From assembly GCF_009914755.1 (NCBI RefSeq), contig NC_060928.1: a stretch of DNA of 64,000 nucleotides; one strand, 5' to 3'. The DNA comes from the human T2T-CHM13v2.0 reference genome, Homo sapiens. Shown here one piece after another: positions 43,991-58,030 of this stretch; position 1 is the stretch's first letter; each line of letters opens with the position of its first letter. The position numbers were made by a program, and so were the translations under genes. A model generated the notes under the pieces. The model ran no database searches. It was not told the origin of the DNA and was given only the letters and a program-made list of their open reading frames with translations.

Positions 43991-45767
43991 GAGTCTATTG
44001 GAGAAAAGTCCTACATAACAGAAGTAAAGAATACATTTGATAACCAGGTTGATCAGAAAAAGAGAACTACCCCAAAATTCTGCATGAATGGGAGCAATGA
44101 ATACATGAAAATATTTTAATTTTCAGGTTTAAGTCTAAAAGCGATTTTCAAAATAGGTAGTATAGGTCAGATAAATGAATAGGAGAAAACAAGAAATGAA
44201 GGATCATAAGCAAGCATTACTTAAAGAAAAATACTGTTTCGTGTACATAAAAACATGCACACGATTTGTTTGTGTACAATGAAGACAATGGACCAAATCA
44301 AGGAAATAACAAGATTGACGTCTGTGGTCAGATAATAGTAGCTCAACACATGGCACACAGCCCCTTTAAACCATGGTAAAAAATATAAGCAACAGTCTTT
44401 ACTAAAACAATTTAAATAAAACTCCATAAACTCAAGAACATTTTTCCTCATATAATTGTAGCAATTTTTTACAAATCAGTTTTAAATATTTTTGTCACTT
44501 AGCTAGATTCTTTCTTTGGGGGAATTTGGTGAAAAATACAAGCAAAGCAAAATTTTAACCCATGGTAGATTTTAGATGAGAAATTATATGATACCCTAAT
44601 GAAACGATAAGATACCCTAAAGAAGTTAAGTTTTCAGATTCATAATTTTATAAAGAGGATAGATGTACAGTGATATTAATTATTTTGATCTCAAAGGTAA
44701 ATATTGACTAAAATATATTTAAGCAATCAATAACTCTTGAAGTTCACAACATAGATAATATTGTAATGTATCCATAATTGTGTGTATTATGTCTTAAGTT
44801 AATGAACATAAAACATCAAATATTTTTTGTTTAGTGTTATTTCTTAAGCATTTTTTTCCTGAAGTCCTAGAATCTCTTCTTTTTGCTAATGACTCACATT
44901 TCTACCTATTAATGTGAAGTTAAATTATTTTTAAATTTAACAAGTTATCAGATGGGTGTTCAATTAAAAAATGCATTAATACCATTTTAATAAATTAATG
45001 AGGATATAAATATAGAAAGTATTTTATAACTTAACAATACATGAAATGCTTACTTATCAGAAATTTCACTTATTAAAGATGTCCATATCACAATCAGCAC
45101 TCTTTTTATCTCTTTTCTATCAATATTGAGAACAGAATAAAGTTGTCACACTGTTCGTGATTATTAATAGGAAGTTATGTAGCAAAGAAGAAAGAATAAG
45201 ATGTTCAGATGAATTACAGTGAGCCGAAGAGACATGGTGATTGTTGATGGTGGTGGTTTCTTCTTTAATCATTCTTTCATCAATGTGCTAGGATTGCAGA
45301 TGTTGCAGCATAGCATGAGGCCAAGGCTACTAGAGTTTATGATGAGCCAAATTGACTTGCCAGGAAATTCTTTGGTTATTGTTTGCATCCAGCATCTTGG
45401 ATAACTGGCATCAGATGAAGTTGTGAATGCTGGGATAATACGGACTTTTGGGACTGAAAAAGTAGGAAATGTGTGGACATAAGAGTCAGAAAATTGAAAT
45501 AACACTACTGTTAGAGTTAAAATTCTACCTATTCTAACCTGTTTTCTGGACTCCAAAAGTATTTGCAAATATGTGAAAAATAAGCTGTAATATTTTTCAC
45601 ATTCAGAGAACTGTTTATTAATCTCAGTTGATATGTGACTTGAAATTGATAGCTAATCTACTCCTACAAAAACATATTTTATAAAATAATTGCTATAATT
45701 TGCTAGGGGAAAACTGATCAATTTTTTTCAATAGCATAAATAATAAAGGGGTACATATGCGACTAGG

Positions 45768-45950
45768 ATTTATTTATTTATTTATTTTTTTGAGACAGAG
45801 TCTCCCTCTGTTGCCCAGGCTACAGTGTATAGAGTGCAATGGCTGGATCATAGCTCACTGCAGCCTGGAACTCCTGGCCTGCAGTGATACTCCTATGTCA
45901 GCCTCCCACGTAGCCAGGAATACAGCCTCCCTAGTAGCCGGGAGTCCAGC
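45768..45950 (-). mobile_element. AluJ fragment
   Basis: gagacagagtctccctctgttgcccaggct...atcatagctcactgcagcct. Confidence 0.85.
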
Positions 45951-46291
45951 CCAGGCTTTTGATACCACTGTTCATTGTCTATTGAACAAGCTTCCAGCTA
46001 AAAGTTAGCAGTGATAATCTCATGTACTCTGATATGCTGTTCGTGGGATGTTAATCTGAAACATCTTTATTATCGTTGTTTTAAAATAACATCAAGTGCT
46101 TTTAAGGTATGCATAGTTTCAGATCTAGCAATTACATTTTTTATATTGTGAGTAAATTAAAATGGGCCAAAAGATTAAACATAGTGGTATTTTTAACTGA
46201 TAAAAACCAGAAGTGTTCTAAACTTTAATACGAAATGGTTAATATATTATAGTATATTTATATAATAGAATATTATGGGATCATTTTAAAA

Positions 46292-46560
46292 ATTTTATTT
46301 ATTTATTTATTTATTTATTGAGACAGACACTCTGTCACCAGGCTGGAGTGCAGTAGTGCAATCAGAGCTCACTGTAACCTTGAACTCCTGGGCTGGCACT
46401 ACAGGCTTGCAGTACTATACCTGGCTAATTTTTTTAAATTTTTTATAGAGATGGGTATCTCACTTTGTCCAGGCAGGTCTTGAACTCCTGGCCTCAAACC
46501 ATCCTCCCACCTCAGCCTCCCAAAAGACTGAGATTACAGGCGTGAGCCACAAAGCCCAGG
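46292..46560 (-). mobile_element. AluJ with internal deletion
   Basis: (TTTA)n tail, aggctggagtgcagt, ending gattacaggcgtgagccac. Confidence 0.88.
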
Positions 46561-46579
46561 AGGACCATTTAAATATGAG

Positions 46580-46736
46580 AATATATATATATATATAATA
46601 CTTTCACTTTGATATTTAAAGCTATCTTTATATATATATAAAGATATATAAAGAGAGATATATATAAATATATACAAATATATATATTTTATATATATAT
46701 TTATATATAAATTTATAAATAAACATATGTATATAA

Positions 46737-46785
<49 letters not shown>

Positions 46786-46810
46786 CACACACACATATAT
46801 ATATATATAA
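46580..46810. repeat. (TA)n/(TG)n/(CA)n compound low-complexity tract
   Basis: Directly visible in the sequence. Confidence 0.9.
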
Positions 46811-46992
46811 AGCCTGGCTAATAAAAAGCAAACTTTTTTAAGTTTGAAGAGCAATATCCCATTATTCACATTTGTATATGACTGGTGGGATGAATTGAAT
46901 TTATTTTTATATTTTTAATTTTTGCATTTTCAATAATTAGCATTTATAACATATAACAATAGAAAAACATGAGTAAAAATAAAAACATCCTA

Positions 46993-47297
46993 AGCCAGGC
47001 TCAGTGGCCCATGCCTGTAATCACAGCACTTTGGGAGGCTGAGGCAGGTGGATCACCTGAGGTCAGGAGTTCAAGACTAGCCTGGCCAACTTGGTAAAAC
47101 CTCATCTCTACCAAAAATACAAAAACTAGCTGGGTGTGGTTGTAGACACCTGTAATCCTGGCTCCTCAGGAGGCTGAGTCAGGAGAATCGCTTGAACCCA
47201 GGAGGCAGAGGTCACAGTGAAATAAGATTTTGCCACTGCATTCCAGCCTGGGTGACAGAGCAAGACTCTGTCTTGAAAAACAAAAACAAAAACAAAT
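46993..47297 (+). mobile_element. AluSx-like
   Basis: ggatcacctgaggtcaggagttcaagac, with a (CAAAAA)n tail. Confidence 0.92.
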
Positions 47298-47387
47298 CTT
47301 AGATGAAAATGTATATGCAGTCATCAATACACACACACAAACACACACACACACGAGAGAGAGAGAGAACAGGGAAGAAAAAAATAA

Positions 47388-47785
<398 letters not shown>

Positions 47786-48180
47786 TAAAAATTACTTTAA
47801 TTACCCTCTTGCCCCTATTATAAAAAGAGTTAGGTACAATACTTATTTGACTTAATCATTTTCTGTCCACAGAAAATGTATCCACAACATTTACAAGTCT
47901 TCCAAAATTCCTAGGATGCATGATTTCTGTTGTGTACCTCATGTTTCAATGCATTTTCCCACTAAATTTTCCAGCACACTAACTTTATTGACTGTAGTTC
48001 TAATTCCATTTTCTTTCCACACTGGTTTACCTCATAAGTGGTAACATTCCTCTTCTTCGCTATCATATGTGTAGGTTATGAATAGTTAATTTTCTTGAAA
48101 TATGTGAAAAGAGGAGAAGACTATATCACAGAATTAGTAAAAATTGAAATTTCACTTCCTAAAGTTTTATGGTGTGAGAT

Positions 48181-50483
48181 TGGTGTGGTTTGGCTATGTC
48201 CCCACCCAAATCTCACCTTGAATTGTAGTAATCTCCGTGTCTCAAGGATAGGGCCAGGTGGAGATAATTGAATCATGGAGGTGGTTTCCCCCATACTATT
48301 CTCATTGTAGTGAATAAGTCTCACGAGATCTGATAGATCTATAAATGGGAGTTCACCTGCACAAGCTCTCTTGCTTGCTGCCATGTGAGATTTGACTTTG
48401 CTCCTCATTTGTCTTCAGCCATGATTGTGAGGCCTCCCAAACCATGTGGAAGTGTAAGTCAATTAAACCTCTTTCCTTTATAAATTCCTTTATGTTTTTA
48501 TTAGCGGGGTAAAAACTGACTAATATAGTAAATTGGTACCAGGGGTGTGGTGCTTCTGTAAAGATACCCAAAAATGTTGAAGCGCCTCTGGAACTGGGTA
48601 ACAGGCAGAGAGGTTGGAACAGTTGGAGGGCTCAGAAGAAGACAGGAAGATGGAATGTTTATAACTTCCTAGAGACTTGTTGAATGGCTTTGACAAAAAT
48701 GCTGATAGTGATATTGACAATAAAGTCCGGGATGAGGTGGTCTCAGATGGAGAAGGGGAACTTCTTGGGAACTGGAGCAAACATGACTCTTGCTAAGTTT
48801 AAGCAAAGAGACTGGCAGCATTTTGCCCCTGCCCTAGAGATTTGTGGAACTTTGAACTTGTGAGATGATTTAGAGCATCTAGCGGAAGAAATTTCTAAGC
48901 AGCAAAGCAGTCCAGAGGTGACTTGGGTACTGTTAAAAGCATTCAGTTTTATGTATTCACAAATATATGATTTGGAATTGGAACTTATGTTTAAAAGGGA
49001 AGCAGAACATAAAAGTTCAGAATATTTGCAGTCTGTTGATGTGATAGAAAAGAAAAACCCATTTTCTGAGAGAAATTCAAGCCAGCTGCAGAAATTTACG
49101 TAAGTAATGAGGAGTCAAATGTTAATCACCAAGACATTCGCCTCTAACAGGGCATGTTAGAGGTCTTCATGGAAGCCCCTCATATCACAAGCTGGGAGGC
49201 CAAGGAGGAAAAAATAATTTTGTGTGCTGGACCCAAGGGCTTGCTGTTTTCTGCAGTCTCTGGAGTTGGTCCCTGCATCCCAGCCATGGCTAAAAGAGGC
49301 CAACCTAGAGCTCAGGTCCCTGCTTCAGATGATGCAAGCCCCAAGCCTTGGCAGCTTACATGTGGTGTTGGGCCTGCAGGTGCAGAGAGGTCAAGAGTTG
49401 AGGTTTGGGAACCTCTGACAAGATTTCAGAGGATGTATGGAAACACTTGGATGTCTAGGAAGAGGTGTGCTACACGGGGGAAGCCCTCATGGAGAACCTC
49501 TGCTAGGGCAGTGCAGAAGGGAAATGTGGGTATGAATCCCCATACAAAACCCCCACTGGGGCACTGCCTAGTTGAACTGAAAGAAGGGGGCCTCCATCCT
49601 CCAGATCCCAGAATGGTAGATACATTGACAGCTTGCACTGTGTTCCTGGAAAAGCTGCAGACACTCAATGCCAACCTGTTAAAGCATCCAGGAGGGGGGC
49701 TGTACCCTGCAAAGCCACAGGGGTAGAGTAACCCAAGACCCTGGGAACTCACCTCTTGCATCAGTGTGATCTGGATATGAGACATGAAGTCAAAGGAGAT
49801 CATTTTGGAGCTTTTATGATTTGACTGCCCCACTGGATTTTGAACTTGCATGGGGCCTGATGCCCCTTTGTTCTGTCCAATTTCTCCCATTTGGAAGAGT
49901 TATATTTACCCAATGCCTGTACCCCCATTGTATCTAGGAAACAACTAACTTGCTTTTCACTTTACAAGCTCATAAGTGAAAGGGACTTTCCTTGTCTCAG
50001 ATGAGACTTTGGAATGTGCACTTTTGACTTAATGCTGAAATTAGTTAACACTTTTGGGGACTGTTGGGAAAACATGATTGGTTTTGAAATGTGAGGACAT
50101 GAGATTTGGGAGGAGCCAGGGGTGGAATGATGTGATTTGTCTGTGTCCCCACCCAAATCTCACCTTCAATTGTAATAATCTCCACCTGTCAATGGTGGGG
50201 CCAGGTGGAGATAATTGAATCATGGGGGTGGTTTCCCTTATACTGTTCTTGTGGTAGTGAATAAGTCTCATGAGATCTGATGGTTTTATAAATGGGAGTT
50301 TCCTTGCAAAAGCTCTCTTGACTTCCTGTCACCATGTAAGAACTCACTTTACTCCTCATTCAACTTCCACCAATATTGTGAGGCTTCCCCAGTCATGTGG
50401 AACTGTGAGAAAATTAAACCTCTTTCCTCTATGAATTACCCAGTCTCAGGTATGTATTAGCAGCATGAGAACAGACTAAGAAA
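48181..50483 (+). mobile_element. Full-length THE1 (THE1C-like) MaLR provirus: LTR 48181-48527, internal 48528-50127, LTR 50128-50483
   Basis: Two direct LTRs containing tgtccccacccaaatctcacctt...ggccaggtggagataattgaatcatgg. The internal region starts gtaaattggtacc and ends with the purine-rich ggaggagccaggggtggaa. Confidence 0.93.
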
Positions 50484-50662
50484 ATGTCACAGAGAATTTT
50501 TTTTTCATCAAATGGTTTTCTAATGTCCATTTTCCTGGCTTTTTTCGTCTTTGAAAACCATTTTCTATCTTCCTCTTCCTCAAGCACCTAAACTCTTATC
50601 TTCTCAACTGAGAAGAATATTTCCCAAAGCATTGTCTTTGGTTAAACCCTTCTCTGCCTGAT

Positions 50663-50886
50663 TAAGTCCCATGAGATCTGATGATTTTATAAACAAGAGT
50701 TCCCCTACCCAAGCTCACTCTTCTCTTTGCCTGCCGCCATTCATGTAAGATGTGACTTGCTCCTCCTTGCCTTCTGCCATGATTGTGAGGCCTCCCCAGC
50801 CATGTGGAACTGTAAGTCCATTAAACCTCTTTTTCTTCCCAGTATTGGATATGTCTTTATCAGCAGCATGAAAATAGACTAATATA
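50663..50886 (+). mobile_element. 5'-truncated THE1A/B-like LTR
   Basis: gagatctgatg...gccattcatgtaagatgtgacttgctcctccttgcc...atagactaatata. Confidence 0.85.
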
Positions 50887-51829
50887 TTGCCCAATCTCTC
50901 TCATGGAGACTCTGCCCACAGATCCTCAACAATCATAATTCAAAAAAATCCATAAGAAACTTTCTTTATTCATACTGACCCAAAAATGAAACTGGCCCCT
51001 GAAATAATACTTTTTCCCTTCCTTTCCTACTTGTTAAATTTATAAAATTATATACAAACACAGAAAGCTATGTGGATAGAAGAAATACATAATTTTCGTA
51101 AAGTGATAAAAGGATGTGAGGCAAATATAAAAATGTAAGTGATGGTTTGTAGTAAAACTGGTTGATTCCATCAAAGATACTATCAGTTCTTTATGTTTGA
51201 TAATTAAAAATGTATTTAATCATCAGTGCTGATGACCACTGTGGGGGAAGTACATGACTTAATAAAGGGCTTAAACGTGAATCATAAATCACAAACCAAA
51301 GTCATGGTTTGAAATCCATCAATAGTTCTTATTGTTAATTCTGAACTTGGTTATTAGATGACAATTACTAAATTATGAAAATGATGGTGTATGAGTTATT
51401 TTATAAAAACATATTTAAAAATTAACTAAATTTTCCACAAAACAAAAACCTAGGAAAAAAATCTTCCTTTTTTACCTTTACAAAACATATTCCTAGTATT
51501 ATTTGCATTGTAATTTCAAATTTCATTTTATGTTTATGAAAAATAATCAAAGAGAGCAAAGGGCAGAATGGAAATACTCCCTTCAATATTTAAAAAAAGG
51601 AAAAAAAAACACTTTTGAATCCTTTTTCATAGGCATGTACAGGAAGCCTTCCTGCAGACATCCACAGTGAACAAGTCTAAGGACAATAGCTTTCGTTGGC
51701 CCCCAATAGAAGGTGAGAAGAAGTAAACATTAGTAACCTCAAAACAATTAGATTCCACAAAGTAAACGTTTGCAATATTGCATTTTCTCTTAATGTTTTG
51801 CCTATCAGAATTATTTTACATCAAGTGAT

Positions 51830-52600
51830 TTTTTTTGGAAACATTTTGTTTTGAGATAATTATAGATTAGCTGGATGTTGCAAAGAAATGTATAAAGAAG
51901 TCCCATGTACACTTTCTCAAATTTCCCTCAATGTTATCATAATACACATTTATAATTAAAAATCAAAACCAAGAAATTGACATTGGCACATTTTACAGAG
52001 CCTATTCAGATTTCACATATTATAAAGTGCTCATGTGTAAGTGTGAATGTGTGTGTGTGTGTGTGTGTGTGTGTACCTGAATCTATGTAATTTTATTTCA
52101 TGGGTACCCTTGTGTAACCATCAGGAAACTCAGGATACCCAACTGTACCATTACTACAATATTCCCTCATGTTATCTCTTTATACCCACACATCCACTGC
52201 CCGCTATCCCTAGCACCTAGAGATCACTAACCAATTTCCATTTCTATTGTTATGCTGTTTCACAAATGTTACATAAATGGAATGATGTAGTTTGTATCCT
52301 TTTGAAATTGGCTTTTTCATTCAGTATAGTTTGTGTGAGGTTCATCCAAGTTATTTGTAAGTCAATAATAGCTCATTCTTTTTTATTGCTAATTAGTATT
52401 CCATAGAATGAATGTACCACAGCATATTTAACCATTCACTCATTTAAGGACATTTGGGTAGTTTCCAGCTTTGGGCTGTTACAAATAAAACTGCTATGAA
52501 CATTTGTGTACAAGTTTCTTTGTGAAAATAAGTCTTCATATCTGTGACATAAATGCCCAAGAGTGCAACTGTTAGGCTGTATGGTAAGTCATTTTCACCA
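51830..52600 (-). mobile_element. Old L1M 3' end fragment with (TG)n
   Basis: gacatttgggtagtttccag...aaaactgctatgaacatttgtgtacaagt, typical antisense L1M 3' sequence. Confidence 0.8.
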
Positions 52601-53639
52601 TCAATTTTTGATGATATGTGGTTATAGCCATGCCCATTGCACCCTCAACTTATCAAACAAGAACAAGATGAATTGGATCCAATAATATAATAAATTTCCT
52701 TCAAAAGAAAATATTAGAACACACAAAAATATTCAATATATACAAAAAAACAGTGAAATGAAATAGCCAATAGAATATTAAATAAATAAAAGAGGAAAAT
52801 TCAAATATCAAATGAATATCCTCATATATAAATGATGTAACATATTTCTATATTTAAACTTTAAGCATCCTAAGAGTAGAGAAATAATTATCTTAATGAA
52901 GTAGTAACCACACAACTTTTACTTAATTGATTTATTCAAAATATGTTCTTCAATCTTATTCTATCTCTTTAAAAATTGTTCCACACTCCTAACACTTATA
53001 TTCCAGTATTTGAATGAGTAACTCATATCACTTGGTCCCAAACTGACATTTCAAAAGATGTGTTCAAATACATTTGCAGAGATATTTTTGAGTTCATTCA
53101 AGCCGAGCAGTACTTCTTATCTTTTGAAATGTCAGGTAGCTGGTCTAAAGAAAATGGAAACAGATCGCTTTTTAAAGATCATCACACATGTGGGCATAGG
53201 ATTGTGACTTGGTTTGTACAAGCATACTGTGGGGAAATATATTTATTTGTGTGCAAAGTGTTTATTTTATGGAAAAAAAGAAAAAGCACTTGCAAAATAA
53301 AAATCAGCCATCTTAATTATTTCATATTATGAGTTTTACTTGAAGTCCTCTTATATCTTCCCCTTTTAGATGTGTTCATGGCTTTTAGTTTATTATCATG
53401 AAGTAATATTATTATACTATGAAAACCCAAGAACCTTATTACCTAGATAAAATATTTTAATCAGGTTTTTGAAACCTAAATTTGACAATAAAATATTAAA
53501 AACAAAACACTTCCAAAGATTAATATGAAAACATCAGTGTATTCTTAATCCCACATGAATAAATACTAAATTTATATTTGTTTAAAATCATTAAAATGTA
53601 CTGATTACTTTTTGCTTTATATATAGTGGATTGAATCCA

Positions 53640-55930
53640 TTTTAGATGGCCCCTGAAAATTTACTAAAGTTATTAACAAGAATATTTTTAAAACAAACAC
53701 ATTCAGCACTACAAACGGCAAAAGAACAGGAAAAGAGAAGACAGAAAAATATTTTGGAAGCTGAACAGCAAATGAATGAGTGGTAAATAATCTAATAGAC
53801 CAAGAAAGTTAAATCTTAAATCAACAGGTAGGAAGACTAAATAGCAACCTGACTTTTTCCACAAGAAACCTCTGAAATGTGTGGTATTAGGTAACCCTGA
53901 TAGTGGAATAATGGGATGAAAACAGAGTTTCGTTGAAAGTGTGTTTCAAAAGTATCCTGTTTCCAGATTCTGGTCACTAATCTGGTCACTTAACTAACTA
54001 GATTGCCTACTGCCTTACCCCATTCAAAACTGCAGTTTTATTCACTAAGAAAAGTAATACAGAAAGCTCTGTTCTAGTTTATATCAGGCAGAATGAAGAT
54101 AAGAATAGCTTCATAAATATCATATGCTATATTAATTGCCTGTTGCTGTAAAACAAATTATCCCAACACTTATTTGCTAAAAACAACATTTATTATTCAC
54201 AATTTCTGTAGATGTAGAAACTGGGCTCAGCATGGATGAGTTCTGTGGCTCATGGTTTCTCACAGGCTGAAATCAAGTTGTTGGATGGAACTGTAGTCAT
54301 CTCAAGGCCCAACTTCAATTCATTAGAAGCAAGGCCTTGGGTCAGCCAGAATATAATAATATCAGAAGGTGAGATTATGGTGGACATCTTAGAAAGTGTG
54401 TCTCTACCACGCATGGCCTTTGTTCACTGAACTACAGAATTGCCAAGAATATTTTTAAAACAAACACATTCAACATTACAAAGGGCAAGAGAACAGGAAA
54501 AAAGAAAATCCCTACTCAGCTTTGAAGTCATGAGATGGCCATAAAAATGGAAGAGTACAAGAAAAGGGCCTTTGAAAATTAAATATATATGATTGAAGTG
54601 AAAAAATAAAACACTTAACTGTACTTTTAGAAAATTAAACAATGAGGCAAAAACCTGAGAACAAAGGAATGTAAGAAATTCAGAGGACTGGTAAAATGGC
54701 CAAAATATTAGAAGTATTATTATTCTAAAATAATTCCAGAAATGCAAGAAATAAAACTGTCAAATAATTGAAATAAAACATCTAAAAATGAAGGGCTCAA
54801 GCTTGCATAAAGAAAGCCAATACCCCATACCAAGTGATCAGGAAAATTGGTAAAAATAAACTTACCCAAAGGCACATGGACATGATATTTCAGAACAATA
54901 ATGAAAAAGAGAAGACGCTATTAGTTTCCAGAAAGAGAGAGACAAACATAACAAAATAAAGAAAGAAATGTGGAAAGAGTCAGAATCAGTAACACTTTAC
55001 AACAAGACTGGAAAATAGACCACAATGGAGCAATGTCTTCAAAATGCAGAAAAAAAAAATAGTTTAAACCTTGACTCTTTCATCCAGATGAATTATCAAC
55101 ACGTATGGAGATTGAATTCATTTATATTCTTAGTATTGCTCATTCAGCCTTTTTTAGGAAGGTACTGGTTGATATGCTGTATCAAAACATGAGTGTAAAT
55201 CAAGAAGTAACAACACATTGGATTCAGAAAATGTATATGCAGCACTGAGATAAAAGAGAACAGAATTCTCAGAATATTGTCAAGGATGATCCCAAGATGA
55301 GATATGTACCTCACGCATGGAATGCAACCAACCAGTCCTAATTGAACAGATCAGAGGCTATTGGAGATATTTCTATAAAAGGATAAAATTGATGGAATGC
55401 CTGGTACATATTAATGCGAGGAGAAACATCTAAGATCATTGGCAGAAAATTTGGGGTTATTTTAGTGATAAGTGGAAAGAACCAGACAATTATTCAGGAA
55501 AAACAATATTTTAAGGAAATGACAAGCAATCATAAGTTAGATCTTGACTCACCTATCAATAGCATTCACATGGTAATAATGTGAATAGTTAATGTAGATG
55601 CAATAAAACTTTTGATAAGTAGGAGTGATGGAAAGACGGGAATGAATGGTTGTAGAGGGAAATGAAAGAAAATCAAGTTCTTATTTTTATTATTGCAAAT
55701 TCAACAGATAATATATAAAATTGTAAGAAATAGAGATGCTAACATATGTATATAGTATTTAGAGATAGTGTTATATGCACAGATAATCAGCTAAAATGTT
55801 TGAAATTGTTGATTTTGGATATTTCTTTCAAAGTTAGGAACAATGAATCACTGTCTCAAAAACCATATAGAATTGTGTGATTCTTATATGCATGTATAAC
55901 ATTGATAAAATTAAAACTAAAACAAAAATA
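53640..55930 (+). mobile_element. Highly degenerate L1ME/HAL1-like region with an MLT1-like piece at ~54125-54410
   Basis: A-rich strand bias and ORF1-like motifs (acaatggagcaatgtcttcaaaat). The MLT-like piece reads attgcctgttgctgtaaaacaaattatccc. Confidence 0.45.
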
Positions 55931-57115
55931 ATATGGTTTGTGTGTTTTTTTAATATTTTGCAAATGCTTAACATATTATATGTAACATTCTTCAATTTGG
56001 TTTTTATATCTCAGCATTATATTTCCAGCTTCTATACATGTGAATAAATGTGTATATCTTTTGGTTATTTGTGTAGTTTTACACTATTCTGATCATACAG
56101 ATTGATGCACAATTTAGTGATCCATTTTTTTTTTTACTGTTGAATTGAAGGATTGTAAATAGGGACATTTTAATCTTAACTAAATATTGCCAAGTTGTTT
56201 CCTAAAATGCTTATAAACCTTTCAGTGGAAATATTTCAAGTTTGGCAAAAGATAAATATTGTTGCCCTTCCCTTCCCAAAGCAGGAAGTAGTTCAGCTTT
56301 GACAAATGTTTCTCAGTAAACTTTTCATTTACTTTATTGTTAAATTTTGATAGTGTCTTTTCTCTAAGGAGTATATGGGGTTTCATGTTTTTTCTATGCA
56401 ACAATTAATGCAGGAGGACAGTGAAGCAAAGTCAATAGATTTTGTAGAAAAATAATTGTAATTCAAAAATGTTATTCTTAGCAAACATATGGTTCATATG
56501 TGTAGAAAACATCCAGAGCCATGCATAACTTCAAAAGTACAAAACCCTAATATATTTTCCTTTAAAAATTTCTGGAAGAATTGTTTTGTACCACAAAGAG
56601 ATGAATGAAATATCAACTAAGGAAGGCTATTCAACAGGTAAAAACTAATATAAATGTATGAAAGCTCTAACTTATGTGGGGAGGGATAGGATGTTAGTGG
56701 ATATAAATAACTGTTGTAATTATAACTCCAAAATAGAATGTTTAAGTCTAAACAATCTGGACAGACAAATTTATTTCTTTATGAAATTTATAACCTGAAG
56801 ATATATTAAATATGAACTAAGAAAAATGCTGGGAAAGTAATATAAGGAAAACGAGTAAAAGAGTGTAAAAATAGTTTAATTTTAATATTAATGTAACCCA
56901 TCTTTTTTAAATGAACATGTCAAAATATTTAAGTACTTGAATTGAAATCAGGACCCTATTTTAAAAATTACAGAAGAAAATAAGTCAGCAAAACAAAAGA
57001 TGTAACAAAAACGAATCAAAAAAAACATAAAATTAAACTATACATTGGACCAAATACAATGTTATGGAAATAAATATAAACGATTAAATTCCTTGATTAA
57101 AAGTTAAGATACTCA

Positions 57116-57445
57116 TGTCCTTTGTAGCGACATGGATGAAGCTGGAAGTCATCATTCTCAGCAAATGAACACAAGAACAGAAAACCAAACACTGCATGTT
57201 CTCACTCATAAGTGGGAGTTGAAGAGTGAGAACACACGGACACAGGGAGGGGAACATCACACACCAGGGCATGTCGCAGGATTGGGGGCAAGGGGAGAGA
57301 CAGCATGAGGACAAAGACCTAATGCATGCAGGGCTTAAAAACTAGATGACGGGTTGACAGGTGCAGCAAACCACCATGGCACATGTGTATCTATGTAACA
57401 AACCTGCGCATTCTGCACATGTATCCCAGAACTTAAAAAAAAAAA
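57116..57445 (+). mobile_element. 5'-truncated L1PA (L1PA7/8-like) 3' end
   Basis: catggatgaagctggaa...gcaaaccaccatggcacatg...gtatcccagaactt plus an A-tail. Perfect 17-bp TSD aaaagttaagatactca at 57099-57115 and 57446-57462. Confidence 0.95.
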
Positions 57446-57749
57446 AAAAGTTAAGATACTCAAGCTGAGTAACAGGGAAAAGCTATTTAGTATTGTTGGT
57501 TCATGCATGATCTCACCCAGAAAATGACCTTTCAAACAAAACCTGATGGATAGAAAATTTTTTAATTATTTAGATAATATTTGAAGGGATAGAGAGAAAA
57601 ATACATGAATGTGTCAACAATGAGATAAAATGAAATATCCTTTGACTTCTCTGTCTGTGGAGTTTCTTCTCATTTTTCAATGATCTGCTCAAATATAACT
57701 TCTTATTTAAGTATTTACCAATAGGCCACAATCTTAAAGACTGAATTGT

Positions 57750-58030
57750 CAGGGGCAGGGGAGATGTTCGTCAAAGGGTACAAGGTTTCAGTTACACAGG
57801 ATAAATAAGTTTGGCACTGTGAGTATAGTTAATAATAATGTATTATGTACTTGGAAATTGCTAAGAGAGTAGGTCTTAAATGTTCTCCCCACAAAAAAAT
57901 AAGAAATATGTGCTGAGGATTATGTTAATTAGCTTTATTTAACCATTGCACAATGCATACATATCAAAACATCCTATTGAACACCATGAATATATACAAT
58001 TTTTGTCAATTATATCTTAATAAAAAATGA
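57750..58030 (+). mobile_element. L1MA 3' end fragment
   Basis: tcaaagggtacaaggtttcagtta...gaaattgctaagagagtagg...atatcaaaacatc. Confidence 0.8.

Noticed and set aside
49154-49890. 190-aa and 154-aa ORFs
   Set aside because: They lie within the THE1 internal region and are degenerate MaLR frames, not host genes.
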